Shown here piece after piece: positions 1-9,429 of a stretch of 64,000 nt of DNA. The first letter of the stretch is position 1. Each line of letters opens with the position of its first letter. This DNA comes from Sedimentisphaeraceae bacterium JB056 (GTDB lineage: Bacteria > Planctomycetota > Phycisphaerae > Sedimentisphaerales > Sedimentisphaeraceae): assembly GCA_044440125.1 (NCBI GenBank), contig JBITAJ010000009.1:18952-82951 (forward strand). Reading direction: 5' to 3'. The translations under genes and the position numbers were made by a program. The notes below the pieces were generated by a model. It saw only the letters and a program-made list of their open reading frames with translations. It was not told the DNA's origin and did not search any database.

Positions 1-258
1 CCGGGCCAAAAAACCATACTGAAACCTGCAAAAAAAATTCAAAGTTCAATGGTCTTGTGTCCTGTAAGAAAAATGTCAAGCAATGACTGGCTTAGGAGCG
101 GCTCAACCATATATAAAAATCCATACGAGAATTTGTATCCCGGTTGCTATATAGCAAATATTGAGGGAGAACTCTTCCTTGAGAAACCTGCACACGAGAA
201 AGCTTCAAAGAGAACTCAAAACAGCTTTATTTATGGAATAACCGGAGATTTCAAATGA
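1..258 (+). CDS. 3' end of a hypothetical protein truncated by the window start
   Basis: Frame 1 is open from base 1 to TGA at 256-258. The stop overlaps the ABC ATPase ATG (ATGA), which suggests translational coupling. Confidence 0.7.
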   Translation, partial: PGQKTILKPAKKIQSSMVLCPVRKMSSNDWLRSGSTIYKNPYENLYPGCYIANIEGELFLEKPAHEKASKRTQNSFIYGITGDFK

Positions 259-1187
259 GGGTTGAAGTAAGAAACCTCAAAAAACATTTCGGTAAAACCA
301 AAGCTGTTGATGACATAAGTTTCAACTTCTCATCTGGCGACATTGTAGGATTTGTAGGCCCAAATGGAGCAGGCAAAACCACAACAATGCGTATCCTCTC
401 AGCACTTGAGGATCCTACCGAAGGAGAAATACTGCTTGATGGCCATTCCATAATAGAATATCCGGAAAAGGCAATGGTCACTGTCGGCTATATGCCCGAC
501 AGCCTGCCAAATCAGAATGACATTACAGTAAACGAATTCCTCGACTTCTTTGCCAGAGCATTCGGACTCGATAATAAAGCAAGAAAGAATGCCATAGAGG
601 AAACAGAAAGCTTCACAAAGCTAACAAAACTTCGTAACAAAACACTAAAGCAGCTAAGTAAGGGAATGAAGCAGCGAGTAAGTCTTGCAAGAGCTATTAT
701 TCATGACCCGGATATTCTGATACTTGATGAACCGGCTGCCGGCCTCGACCCAAGGGCCCGCGTAGAGCTGCTTGATATGCTAAAGGAACTCGCTTCCAGA
801 GGCAAAGCTATCCTTGTAAGTTCCCACATCCTTTCGGAGCTTGGCGAAATATGTGATAACATATTGATAATAGAAAAAGGCAAACTGCTTTACAGCGGTC
901 AAATAGACCATATAATGTCGTCAAATATCGTAACGACAAAGAAAATTCAAATATCACATATCGATTGTAAAGAAAAAATACTTAAGATATTGGAAACAAC
1001 AGGCAAGATTGAAAATATAGAAGCGGGCAGCATAAATATCAAAGCCGAATATTCAGGCGATGATACTGATATAGCAAATCTGCTTGAGTCATTGATAGAC
1101 GGCGGTTGCCGTATCACTGAATTCAGAATTATCGGAAGAACACTGTCTGATATCTTCATGGACATAACAAAAGGTGAGGTAAGTTAA
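255..1187 (+). CDS. ABC transporter ATP-binding protein (ABC-2 type exporter)
   Basis: Walker A GPNGAGKTT, signature LSKGMKQR, Walker B ILILDEP, H-loop SSH. Confidence 0.95.
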   Translation: MRVEVRNLKKHFGKTKAVDDISFNFSSGDIVGFVGPNGAGKTTTMRILSALEDPTEGEILLDGHSIIEYPEKAMVTVGYMPDSLPNQNDITVNEFLDFFARAFGLDNKARKNAIEETESFTKLTKLRNKTLKQLSKGMKQRVSLARAIIHDPDILILDEPAAGLDPRARVELLDMLKELASRGKAILVSSHILSELGEICDNILIIEKGKLLYSGQIDHIMSSNIVTTKKIQISHIDCKEKILKILETTGKIENIEAGSINIKAEYSGDDTDIANLLESLIDGGCRITEFRIIGRTLSDIFMDITKGEVS

Positions 1188-2638
1188 TGAGTCTGGGCTT
1201 GGTCAATGCAGTTACCTTAAAAGAGATGAGGCAGTCAGTAAGAGGAATGTTCATCAGCATACTTCTGACAATAACCCTTATCGCAAACGGGATGTTCATC
1301 TGCAGTGAACTCATATTCAACAACAACATAGGGCTTGATTTTACAATTGCACAAAGATTGTTCAGTCAAATATACTTCATACTTATGATTGGAAGCTTTA
1401 TACTGATACCTGCTTACATAGGCAATAGATTCTCAAGTGAAATATCTGACAAAGAAAGCAGCCTCTTCTTTTCAACAACACTTAAACCCGCAGAAATTGT
1501 CTGGGGGAAATTTTGTTCGGGGGCTATGCTTGTCGTAATGTTCTACTGCGCAACTTTGCCATTTTTGGTATTGCTTTATTTCCTTCGCGGACTTGATGTT
1601 GTAAAAATGTTGATGACAATCTTCTACAGCTTCATTTTCAGCCTTCTGTCAATTATGTTCATGCTGGCCTTCAATTCAGATGCCGCTCATCCTGGAATAA
1701 GAAGAACAAAAAATGCCGTAGGTGTCATATCGCTCCTATTCTTGAGCAGTTCACTTGGTGAACTTTACTTTTTTGTTAACAGTGACGGAGCATCCATAAC
1801 CACCTTTGTATACTGGGCCAAAATGCTAACATACCTTGGAGTCGAAATCCTTGCAGGTTTGATGTTGTTCCTGATAACTGTCTACAAAATAAGTCCAAAG
1901 TTCTCTAACAGGGCTTTGCCTATCAAAATATATACCTTCATTTTCTGGCTCCTTACCGGCATAATAGCTCTTGCATGGTCAAGATCCGATGCGCTGACAA
2001 GCAGATTCAGCGACATTGAACCACTCGGAATATGGCTGCCTGCTATGACAATAATGTTTGTGGTAGCAATGGTAATGTCAGCAATCGAGCCAAATAAATT
2101 AAGTAAAAGAGTAAGAGCTAAGATATCTAAAAAATCTTTCGTAAAAACATTCCAGTATATCTTTTATTCAGGATGTGCAAGCACTTTTATATTCTGCGGA
2201 ATAATGGCCATACTAACAATAATGGTATCAGGTGCCCTTGAAGCTGCTGGTATGCCTGGAACAAAAGAAACAATGATAACAATAGAATTGTCAGCAATGA
2301 CTCTTTACGGTCTTATGTATGGGCTTACAACCATTACTATAAAACGTCATTTTTTCAAAGACAAACCTGACACAAAGATACCGGCAATAATAACCCTGAT
2401 ATTAATTCTCCTGGGAACAATAACGCCTGTACTTATAGCGTTCTACATGTTTGAAAGTCTGGCACCAATGAATAACCTTGGGTGGTATGTTGTAGGAAAC
2501 CCCTTCATCATCTTCTCAAAGGAATGGCCTATATTTAAAGTACTCGCCTTTACAAGTGTCTTTACAATTGTGTTAACAGCGTTCAACTGGAAATGGTTCT
2601 ACACGAGCTTCAAAGAATTTCATCGACCCGAAAATTGA
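1187..2638 (+). CDS. ABC-2 type permease / multi-pass membrane protein
   Basis: Many hydrophobic helices and an ABC-2-like segment (FSSEISDK...LFFSTTLKPAEIVWGKF). The start overlaps the ATPase stop (TAATG). Confidence 0.8.
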   Translation: MSLGLVNAVTLKEMRQSVRGMFISILLTITLIANGMFICSELIFNNNIGLDFTIAQRLFSQIYFILMIGSFILIPAYIGNRFSSEISDKESSLFFSTTLKPAEIVWGKFCSGAMLVVMFYCATLPFLVLLYFLRGLDVVKMLMTIFYSFIFSLLSIMFMLAFNSDAAHPGIRRTKNAVGVISLLFLSSSLGELYFFVNSDGASITTFVYWAKMLTYLGVEILAGLMLFLITVYKISPKFSNRALPIKIYTFIFWLLTGIIALAWSRSDALTSRFSDIEPLGIWLPAMTIMFVVAMVMSAIEPNKLSKRVRAKISKKSFVKTFQYIFYSGCASTFIFCGIMAILTIMVSGALEAAGMPGTKETMITIELSAMTLYGLMYGLTTITIKRHFFKDKPDTKIPAIITLILILLGTITPVLIAFYMFESLAPMNNLGWYVVGNPFIIFSKEWPIFKVLAFTSVFTIVLTAFNWKWFYTSFKEFHRPEN

Positions 2639-2654
2639 AATTCCTACAAAAAAT

Positions 2655-5192
2655 CTACTGACCTGTTACAGGAATATTAATTACCACTTTCGTACCCTTA
2701 TCAGGCTGTGAGATAATATCCATAAAGCCGCCAATATGTTTAACGCGTTCCTTTACGCTGAAAAGGCCGTAGCCTCTATCGCACTCGGACGAGTCAAGCC
2801 TCTTAACATCAAAGCCTTTTCCCTCATCTATAACGAAAATCTCTACGCTATCCTTATTTCTGTTAATAACAACTTTGGCCTTTTTGACGTCAGCATGTTT
2901 TACAATATTTAACATAAGTTCTCTCACTGATCTGTATATGAGAACTTGTATCTGTTCATCAATAAAATGCTGCTCACCTTTACATTCAAAATCAACTTTG
3001 ATATTATGCATTTTCATGAACTCATCTGCAAGTTCTTCAACTGCTATCTCAAAACCAAAATTGTACAAAGAAGGCGGGCTTATATTAAAGGTCAGAGAAC
3101 GCGTGCTTCTGACTGCTTCATGGAGATGTTCCTGAACTTCCACTAAGGAATTTGATATATTCGCCGGGCTCTCTTTTTCAATTATACCTATCTGTCGTGC
3201 TGAATGGCTTATTATTGGACCAAGGCAATCGTGAAGCTGCTCGGCAATTCGTCTTCGTTCCCTTTCTTCAGCAAGGACCAGCTCGGCAGTAAGAGACCGC
3301 AATTGAACCTGATAGTCAAGTATCTCATGTTGAGCCTTGGTTTTTTCACTTATATCTACCGCAACACCAATGAGGCCGTCTATCTGACCTTGTCTGTTTT
3401 TAACCCATGAAAAGTTGACATCAAAAGTGAATCCGTTAAAAGATGTAATCACCGTATTAGATATCTCACCTCTTAAGGCCTTCTTGAAGCCATCAACCAT
3501 ATCGTAATGTTTTTCATAAACTTCGAAGAAATTCTTTCCAACAGAACTTCCTGGATTTCCGCCTATTTTATAAAGAGGCTCTCCCTCTTCAAGAGTAATC
3601 TTACCATTCTTATCAATTGCGAAAAGAATTATAGGCGCACATGAAACTACCGTATTAACTCTTTCCCTGCTTTCAAAAAGTTTCTTCTCAACGTCAAATC
3701 GGTGTATCGCTTCCGCTACCAACAAGGCTATAGGCTCAAGCAATTCTGTCATCAATTCAATAGGTTTGAATTTCTCTTGGTCAGCAAGGTGAATCAAACC
3801 TAAGACCTCTTTATGATAAACGATAGGTACAATTATAATCGAATTGAAACCATTGGAAATGCAATGGGCCCAGTATTTCTCTTTCTCTTTCTCTGAAAGA
3901 CTGTCCATAAAATTCTGAGCATCATTCACACCGAACGATGTCTTGCCTATTGATATTTTCTTATCTACTTTTTCAAATATTCCCGAAGCAACTCTTGCGC
4001 ATATGCAGGAGACTTCTTCTACCGAGATGTTATTTTCAAGTTCTAAAAAATCTCCGCTATATCCCATGCAGGAGATATACGGCAACGAACCTTTAGCACT
4101 CTTCAATCTTACCCCGGCACATTCAAAGCCGCTCCATTGTCGGATAGTCTTAACTACAGAATCCAGATATTCCTGCAAAGTATTTTTCTTTATGAAAAGA
4201 TCAAGCAATGTGTTGGTTATTTTGATCAGCGACTCATCATATTTTCTTTTCGTTATATCAGAACCAACCGCAAGCAAACCGACAACTTTGCCATCGGAAT
4301 CAATGATAGGCTTATTGGTCCATGATATCCATACGTACCTGCCATCTTTGCAGATATTTTGGTTCTCGTTCTGCACATATTTTTCGGGATCATTACCAAT
4401 CTGCTTTACGAGTTCATGCATATCCCGACCAGAGGAATCTTTCTCGGGTATTATGGTGCCAACAATATTCTTCCCTATTATCTCATGTTCAGAATAACCA
4501 AAGAACTTCTGAGCATATTCATTGAAGAATGTTATTGTGCCGTCAACCGTCCTTTGCATTATTATACTATTAGCATTTTCCACTAAATGGCGGTATTTTT
4601 TTTCATTTTCCGCAATCTTAATCTCAGCCTTCTTAATATCTGTAACATTTTTGAGAGAGAATACCAGAAAATCGATCTCTCCCCGCAAATTGGTTATTGG
4701 AACAAGATTCCAATCCCAGTAAGTCTCTCCAAATTCGGGATGGTCAGGAAAAACAAAAAGCTTACCGCGAGTTTCGTAAGCTTTTTTAGTCTTGACGACA
4801 TTTTCAAATATGGCCTTATTCTCTTCGTGGGGGAACATTTCAAAATGATTACGTCCGGGAAATTCATAAACTTCACGACCGCAACCCTTGGCATATGCAT
4901 CATTTACACGAATAAAATTGAAGTTTGTATCAAGGAAAACCATCGGTGTGAGAGTGTATTTGAAAAAAGCATCAAGTATGTGGACTCTTTCATAAAGCGA
5001 GCCTTCTGAATGGCCGTGATCAAGAACATAATCATTCACACTCTTAAGCCATACACGTTTATCATAGAGCTCATCAAATATGTCCAATATCTCATGTCTT
5101 CTCGAACGCTCAGAAAGGAAATCAAGGGATGCAAGTCTTTGCTCGAATATAGATCGCAGCAAATTATAACTTTTTCCTTTACGTTCAGGCAT
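2655..5192 (-). CDS. Cytoplasmic PAS/GAF sensor histidine kinase (HisKA_3, NarX/UhpB type)
   Basis: PAS/PAC repeats, a GAF-like region, H-box EERERRRIAEQLHD, N-box ELMLNIVKHA, and DEGKGFD / GYGLFSVKERV. The ATG at 5192 has GGAG upstream; the ORF track extends to a TTG at 5237. Confidence 0.9.
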   Translation of the reverse strand: MPERKGKSYNLLRSIFEQRLASLDFLSERSRRHEILDIFDELYDKRVWLKSVNDYVLDHGHSEGSLYERVHILDAFFKYTLTPMVFLDTNFNFIRVNDAYAKGCGREVYEFPGRNHFEMFPHEENKAIFENVVKTKKAYETRGKLFVFPDHPEFGETYWDWNLVPITNLRGEIDFLVFSLKNVTDIKKAEIKIAENEKKYRHLVENANSIIMQRTVDGTITFFNEYAQKFFGYSEHEIIGKNIVGTIIPEKDSSGRDMHELVKQIGNDPEKYVQNENQNICKDGRYVWISWTNKPIIDSDGKVVGLLAVGSDITKRKYDESLIKITNTLLDLFIKKNTLQEYLDSVVKTIRQWSGFECAGVRLKSAKGSLPYISCMGYSGDFLELENNISVEEVSCICARVASGIFEKVDKKISIGKTSFGVNDAQNFMDSLSEKEKEKYWAHCISNGFNSIIIVPIVYHKEVLGLIHLADQEKFKPIELMTELLEPIALLVAEAIHRFDVEKKLFESRERVNTVVSCAPIILFAIDKNGKITLEEGEPLYKIGGNPGSSVGKNFFEVYEKHYDMVDGFKKALRGEISNTVITSFNGFTFDVNFSWVKNRQGQIDGLIGVAVDISEKTKAQHEILDYQVQLRSLTAELVLAEERERRRIAEQLHDCLGPIISHSARQIGIIEKESPANISNSLVEVQEHLHEAVRSTRSLTFNISPPSLYNFGFEIAVEELADEFMKMHNIKVDFECKGEQHFIDEQIQVLIYRSVRELMLNIVKHADVKKAKVVINRNKDSVEIFVIDEGKGFDVKRLDSSECDRGYGLFSVKERVKHIGGFMDIISQPDKGTKVVINIPVTGQ

Positions 5193-5383
5193 ACAGATTT
5201 TCTCCGAATCAAACACACTTATAATCTCAAACAACACTTTGAAGTATCCAAATATAACATATTTATATTATTTTTTAAAGACTTTATTCCAATATCCTAC
5301 AATATTATAAATACTTGCAACAAACGCCCAAACATAGATTTCCACCCAATACGCTGAGCTTTTTCAGTGCAGAAATTATAAGC

Positions 5384-5412
5384 TTGACTTTATTTCGACC
5401 AGAAAATATACT
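5384..5412 (+). promoter_or_regulatory. Sigma70-type promoter of ppk2
   Basis: TTGACT-17 bp-TATACT about 60 bp upstream of the ppk2 ATG. Confidence 0.6.
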
Positions 5413-5469
5413 TTATTCAGGAGAAACAGGTCATATAAACGAAATTCTAAAATCAGGAGAGAAGCCCGG

Positions 5470-6345
5470 ATGCCTATTGATATCAACAATTTCAGGATAA
5501 AACCGGATATCAGGATTAATATAGAGAAACTCAAAACCAGTGTAGAGCCTTTCTATGAATCCAAGAAAGACTACAAAAAGCTCCTTTCTGAGCGAATAGA
5601 GATACTGAAAACCCTGCAAAGTAAGCTATACGCCCATAGCCGCTATTCAATACTGCTTATATTTCAAGCAATGGATGCCGGCGGCAAGGACAGCGCCATC
5701 AAACACGTTATGTCAGGAGTTAACCCGCAGGGATGCCAGGTATTCAGCTTCAAGGAACCCGGCAACAAGGAGCTGAAGCATGATTTTCTCTGGCGGTCGA
5801 ACCTTTGTCTGCCGGAACGAGGGATGATAGGAATATTCAATCGTTCCTATTATGAAGAGGTGCTTATCGCAAAAGTCCATCCTGAAATACTGAACGCTCA
5901 GATGCTGCCCGATGAGATAGCAAACAGCAAGGATATATGGAAAAACAGGTATGAATCAATAAAATGTCTGGAATCTCATCTCTACAACAATGGTACCAGA
6001 GTCATAAAATTCATGCTGAATATATCAAAGCAGGAACAAAAAAAGCGATTTCTTTCGAGAATCAACAATCCGAAGAAAAACTGGAAATTCTCACAGTCTG
6101 ATATTGATGAAAGACAATTCTGGCCGGAATATATGGATGCATACGAAAAATGTATAAACTCCACGACCTCGAAAAATGCACCTTGGTATGTAGTTCCGGC
6201 AGATGACAAAAAGAATGCAAGATTAATAATATCAGAGATAATGATCAAAACACTTGAATCCCTGGATATTCATTACCCCGAGCCAACCCAAAAACAAAAA
6301 GATACCATAATAAATATTGGTAAAAAGCTCAAGGACATGGAATAA
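5470..6345 (+). CDS. ppk2: Polyphosphate kinase 2 family protein (probably class III)
   Basis: FQAMDAGGKD P-loop, GVNPQG, HDFLWR, FNRSYYEEVL, PWYVVPADDK motifs. Confidence 0.92.
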   Translation: MPIDINNFRIKPDIRINIEKLKTSVEPFYESKKDYKKLLSERIEILKTLQSKLYAHSRYSILLIFQAMDAGGKDSAIKHVMSGVNPQGCQVFSFKEPGNKELKHDFLWRSNLCLPERGMIGIFNRSYYEEVLIAKVHPEILNAQMLPDEIANSKDIWKNRYESIKCLESHLYNNGTRVIKFMLNISKQEQKKRFLSRINNPKKNWKFSQSDIDERQFWPEYMDAYEKCINSTTSKNAPWYVVPADDKKNARLIISEIMIKTLESLDIHYPEPTQKQKDTIINIGKKLKDME

Positions 6346-6379
6346 AAAAACGGGCAGATGTTTCACACACCGGCCCGTT
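6344..6379 (-). terminator. Intrinsic terminator between convergent ppk2 and metK
   Basis: AACGGGC...GCCCGTT stem with an adjacent A-run (U-tract on the minus strand). Confidence 0.55.
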
Positions 6380-6400
6380 GAATTCATTTCATGATTGAAA

Positions 6401-7612
6401 TCAGCCTAACTTTGCGACCGCTTTTTTCAAGGCATCGACCATGTCGGTCTTTTCCCATGTGAAGCCGTTCTTCTCGCGTCCGAAATGTCCGCTGTGAGCC
6501 GTATCATAGAATATCGGCCGTTTCAGGTCCAGATGCTTTATCATTCCGGCAGGTGTAAGCGGGAATATCTCAGAGATGATATCTTCAAGCCTGCGTTCAT
6601 CTATAGCGCAGGAGCCCTCAGTATCCACAAATACTGATATCGGATCGGCTACTCCTATTGCATAGGAAAGCTGAACCTCGCATGAATTAGCCAGACCTGC
6701 GGCAACAACATTCTTGGCGATATAACGAGCCATGTAGCTTGCAGTCCTGTCAACCTTTGACGGGTCTTTTCCGCTGAATGCTCCGCCGCCATGGCTGCCG
6801 TGTCCGCCGTAAGTATCAACAATTATCTTACGACCAGTAACTCCGCAATCGCCTTTAGGACCGCCAATAACGAATCGTCCTGTAGGGTTTATGTGGAAAA
6901 TCGTCTTATCATCAACCAGCTTTTTGGGAAGACAAGGCATAACAACCTTATCAATGATCTCTTTCTTGATCTGGCTGTATTTAATACCCTCATCATGCTG
7001 CGTTGAGACAACTACCGTATGAATCCTCGCGGGCTTGCCGTTGGCACCATACTCAACAGTAACCTGGCTCTTGCCGTCAGGACGAAGCCACGGTATTTTT
7101 TTTGTCTGCATCATTCTTGAAAGCTTCATGGTAATAGAATGAGCAAGCGATATTGTCAGAGGCATAAGGCTTTTGGTTTCCTTACAGGCATAACCGAACA
7201 TTATGCCCTGATCGCCGGCACCCTGCTCTTTATGCAGTCCCTTGCCCTCAGTTACGCCCTGAGAAATATCGGGGCTCTGATGATTGAGAGTTACCATAAC
7301 GGCACAACCCTCATAATCAAAACCCAACGCAGGATCGTTATAACCTATCTTCTTGACAGTGTTTCTTACTATCTCAGGAATATCTACAACAGCTTTGGAT
7401 GTGATCTCACCGGAAACCACTACCATACCGGTGCTTACCATAGTCTCACAGGCTACCCTGCTGTCAGGGTCCTGCTCGAGCATAGCGTCAAGAATTGAGT
7501 CTGATATCTGATCGGCAACCTTGTCAGGGTGTCCCATTGTTACTGATTCGCTTGTAAAAAGTCTGCCGTGAGGGGCTGTCTTTTTCTTTTGAGTTTTTTT
7601 TGCTTTGGCCAT
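6401..7612 (-). CDS. metK: S-adenosylmethionine synthetase
   Basis: [19 protein letters not shown] and [15 protein letters not shown] signatures. Confidence 0.98.
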   Translation of the reverse strand: MAKAKKTQKKKTAPHGRLFTSESVTMGHPDKVADQISDSILDAMLEQDPDSRVACETMVSTGMVVVSGEITSKAVVDIPEIVRNTVKKIGYNDPALGFDYEGCAVMVTLNHQSPDISQGVTEGKGLHKEQGAGDQGIMFGYACKETKSLMPLTISLAHSITMKLSRMMQTKKIPWLRPDGKSQVTVEYGANGKPARIHTVVVSTQHDEGIKYSQIKKEIIDKVVMPCLPKKLVDDKTIFHINPTGRFVIGGPKGDCGVTGRKIIVDTYGGHGSHGGGAFSGKDPSKVDRTASYMARYIAKNVVAAGLANSCEVQLSYAIGVADPISVFVDTEGSCAIDERRLEDIISEIFPLTPAGMIKHLDLKRPIFYDTAHSGHFGREKNGFTWEKTDMVDALKKAVAKLG

Positions 7613-7697
7613 ATCTCTGTTTTTTCAATACAATATTTCAAGACCATTTTGAGCGACAATCTGGCCGCCCAAATACCATTATTTTAAAAGACTACGT

Positions 7698-7726
7698 ATT
7701 ATAGGTATTAAGGCCATTGTTTGCAA
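7698..7726 (-). promoter_or_regulatory. Sigma70-type promoter of metK
   Basis: On the minus strand, TTGCAA-17 bp-TATAAT about 85 bp upstream of the ATG. Confidence 0.7.
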
Positions 7727-7785
7727 GTATTTGTTCCAACCAAAAATAAGCAAACAGGACCATAGGGCATAAAGCAATAGCTCAG

Positions 7786-7821
7786 TTGTCAATTATCAGT
7801 TATTCAGTTAACAGCTATCGG
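7786..7821. repeat. Short 7-nt-periodic tract
   Basis: ttgtcaa ttatcag ttattcag ttaacag ctatcgg; same unit type as 63630-63657. Confidence 0.6.
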
Positions 7822-7888
7822 GCAGGAAAAGAGCTTTTGCCGCGGTGGAACAGGGAACCCGTGTATAAAGAAATTTGCTTTAGCTGTT

Positions 7889-9190
7889 TCAGGGGGTTAT
7901 CAGCCAGTATTCTGCCATTTGGGTGAGGTCATTGGAATCAATATATCCGCTATTATCGATATCGGCATTATCGTAAAAATCGGGGGCAGAGGAATCTGTC
8001 ATCCAGTTGTAAGCAATAACTGAAAAATCCAAGAGATCAACACCATCGAAGCATGCTATGTCTCCCGGCGTGAATTGCCAGGCCAGGCGTGGATATCCAA
8101 CTCCATCGATGCACATCCGCCAGTTATCTTGTATGCCGTTAGCATCATTAAGAAAGTCCCAACCTGAAAGCGTAAATGTTGAGCGAGTTTGCATTTGCTC
8201 GGTCGTCAGCCCCCCTGCATAGCCGGAAGTCTGTAAGTCCCAGAACGAGTTTGTTATTGAGCCATTGTTTTTTCCTGTGAGCGGACCGGCGTAGTATCTG
8301 GACACACCGGCGGTTCCTGTCGCGTAGCAATTGTTTATTGTTGAGCTTGAGTCGTATAGCCAGCCCGTGATACCGCCGGCACCATCTCTTCCGCTGTAAA
8401 CATTTCCTCTTGCATAGGAGTCGCTTATCTGTGAGCGATTTGTCCCGACAAGTCCGCCGGCATAGCTGCTTGATATGGTTACCGAACCTGTTGCCGAGCA
8501 GTATCTTATAATACCGGGGCTTGAATTTGAGCCGACCAGTCCGCCGGCTTCGCCTAAAGAGGTTACAGTGCCTGTTGCTGAGCAATATTCGATCACACCT
8601 GAGCTGGAGCCGGCGAGTGAACCTGTTCTATATGCATCGTCAGTATCTATATTTGCAGAAGAAGTGCAGTGGGCTATTGTTGAGCCTGCTGCGGAACCTG
8701 CGATTCCGCCGACATCGCTGAATGTTCCAATGAGCGTGCCGGAGACATTGCAGTTTGTTACTGTGCTGCCTGTGAGGCGGCCAGCAAGGATACCTACGCA
8801 TGTGTGGCCATTTATCGAGGTGCAGCTCACGGAGAGGTTTTTAATTTGTGCATTGAGAACGTCCCCGAAAAGTGCTATGTAGTTTGTTGATGGATAGTCC
8901 ATTGAGCCAATTGCGATTGTATGATTTTGGCCGTCGAATATACCCGTGAATTGCTGGGTGGAGTCGGAGACAGGCTCCAGATCGGACAATGCGGACAGGT
9001 CGAGGTCGTTTGCGAGGATGAATGAGCTGCCGAAATCGGCTGGTGTCGCAATGAGTTCGAGCCAGTCGGCTTGTGTTGAGATTATGTATGGGGTAGGGTC
9101 AATGCCTGTGCCGCCTGAGTATGTTCCTGCGAGAATTGTTGCGGCGAAGGATAACGACAATGATAGTATTAACACAGTTCTTTTCAACAT
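7889..9190 (-). CDS. Secreted GLUG-motif beta-helix-like protein with C-terminal dockerin-like repeats
   Basis: Signal peptide, YSGGTG..PYII N-terminus, FTGIFDGQNHTI, repeated (A/V)GG(L/I)(V/A)G motifs, and C-terminal DIDNSGYIDSNDL...YWL. Confidence 0.8.
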   Translation of the reverse strand: MLKRTVLILSLSLSFAATILAGTYSGGTGIDPTPYIISTQADWLELIATPADFGSSFILANDLDLSALSDLEPVSDSTQQFTGIFDGQNHTIAIGSMDYPSTNYIALFGDVLNAQIKNLSVSCTSINGHTCVGILAGRLTGSTVTNCNVSGTLIGTFSDVGGIAGSAAGSTIAHCTSSANIDTDDAYRTGSLAGSSSGVIEYCSATGTVTSLGEAGGLVGSNSSPGIIRYCSATGSVTISSSYAGGLVGTNRSQISDSYARGNVYSGRDGAGGITGWLYDSSSTINNCYATGTAGVSRYYAGPLTGKNNGSITNSFWDLQTSGYAGGLTTEQMQTRSTFTLSGWDFLNDANGIQDNWRMCIDGVGYPRLAWQFTPGDIACFDGVDLLDFSVIAYNWMTDSSAPDFYDNADIDNSGYIDSNDLTQMAEYWLITP

Positions 9191-9398
9191 TAACTCCTAA
9201 AAATGTTCGACCTGATAAAATAGGGCAGAAATTTCTGTCTTCATAAAATTATTGTACCCTTAAAAACCCCAAAAAACAAGTTTTTTTAACTCAAAAACCC
9301 CTTTTGCGGGACAAGCCAGCGGCATGCCATGGACGTACAGACCTTCTTTTGTCACTAAAATATGGGCGTGATTAACGAATATTTTTTTTGGACGAAAA

Positions 9399-9425
9399 CG
9401 GGCGAAAACATTGTTTCGCCCCTAC
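9399..9425 (-). repeat. GTAG-type REP-like palindrome
   Basis: The minus strand reads GTAG-GGGCGAAA-CAATGT-TTTCGCCC-G: a GTAG tetranucleotide followed by a perfect 8-bp stem, just after the antiporter stop. Confidence 0.65.
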
Positions 9426-9429
9426 GTTT

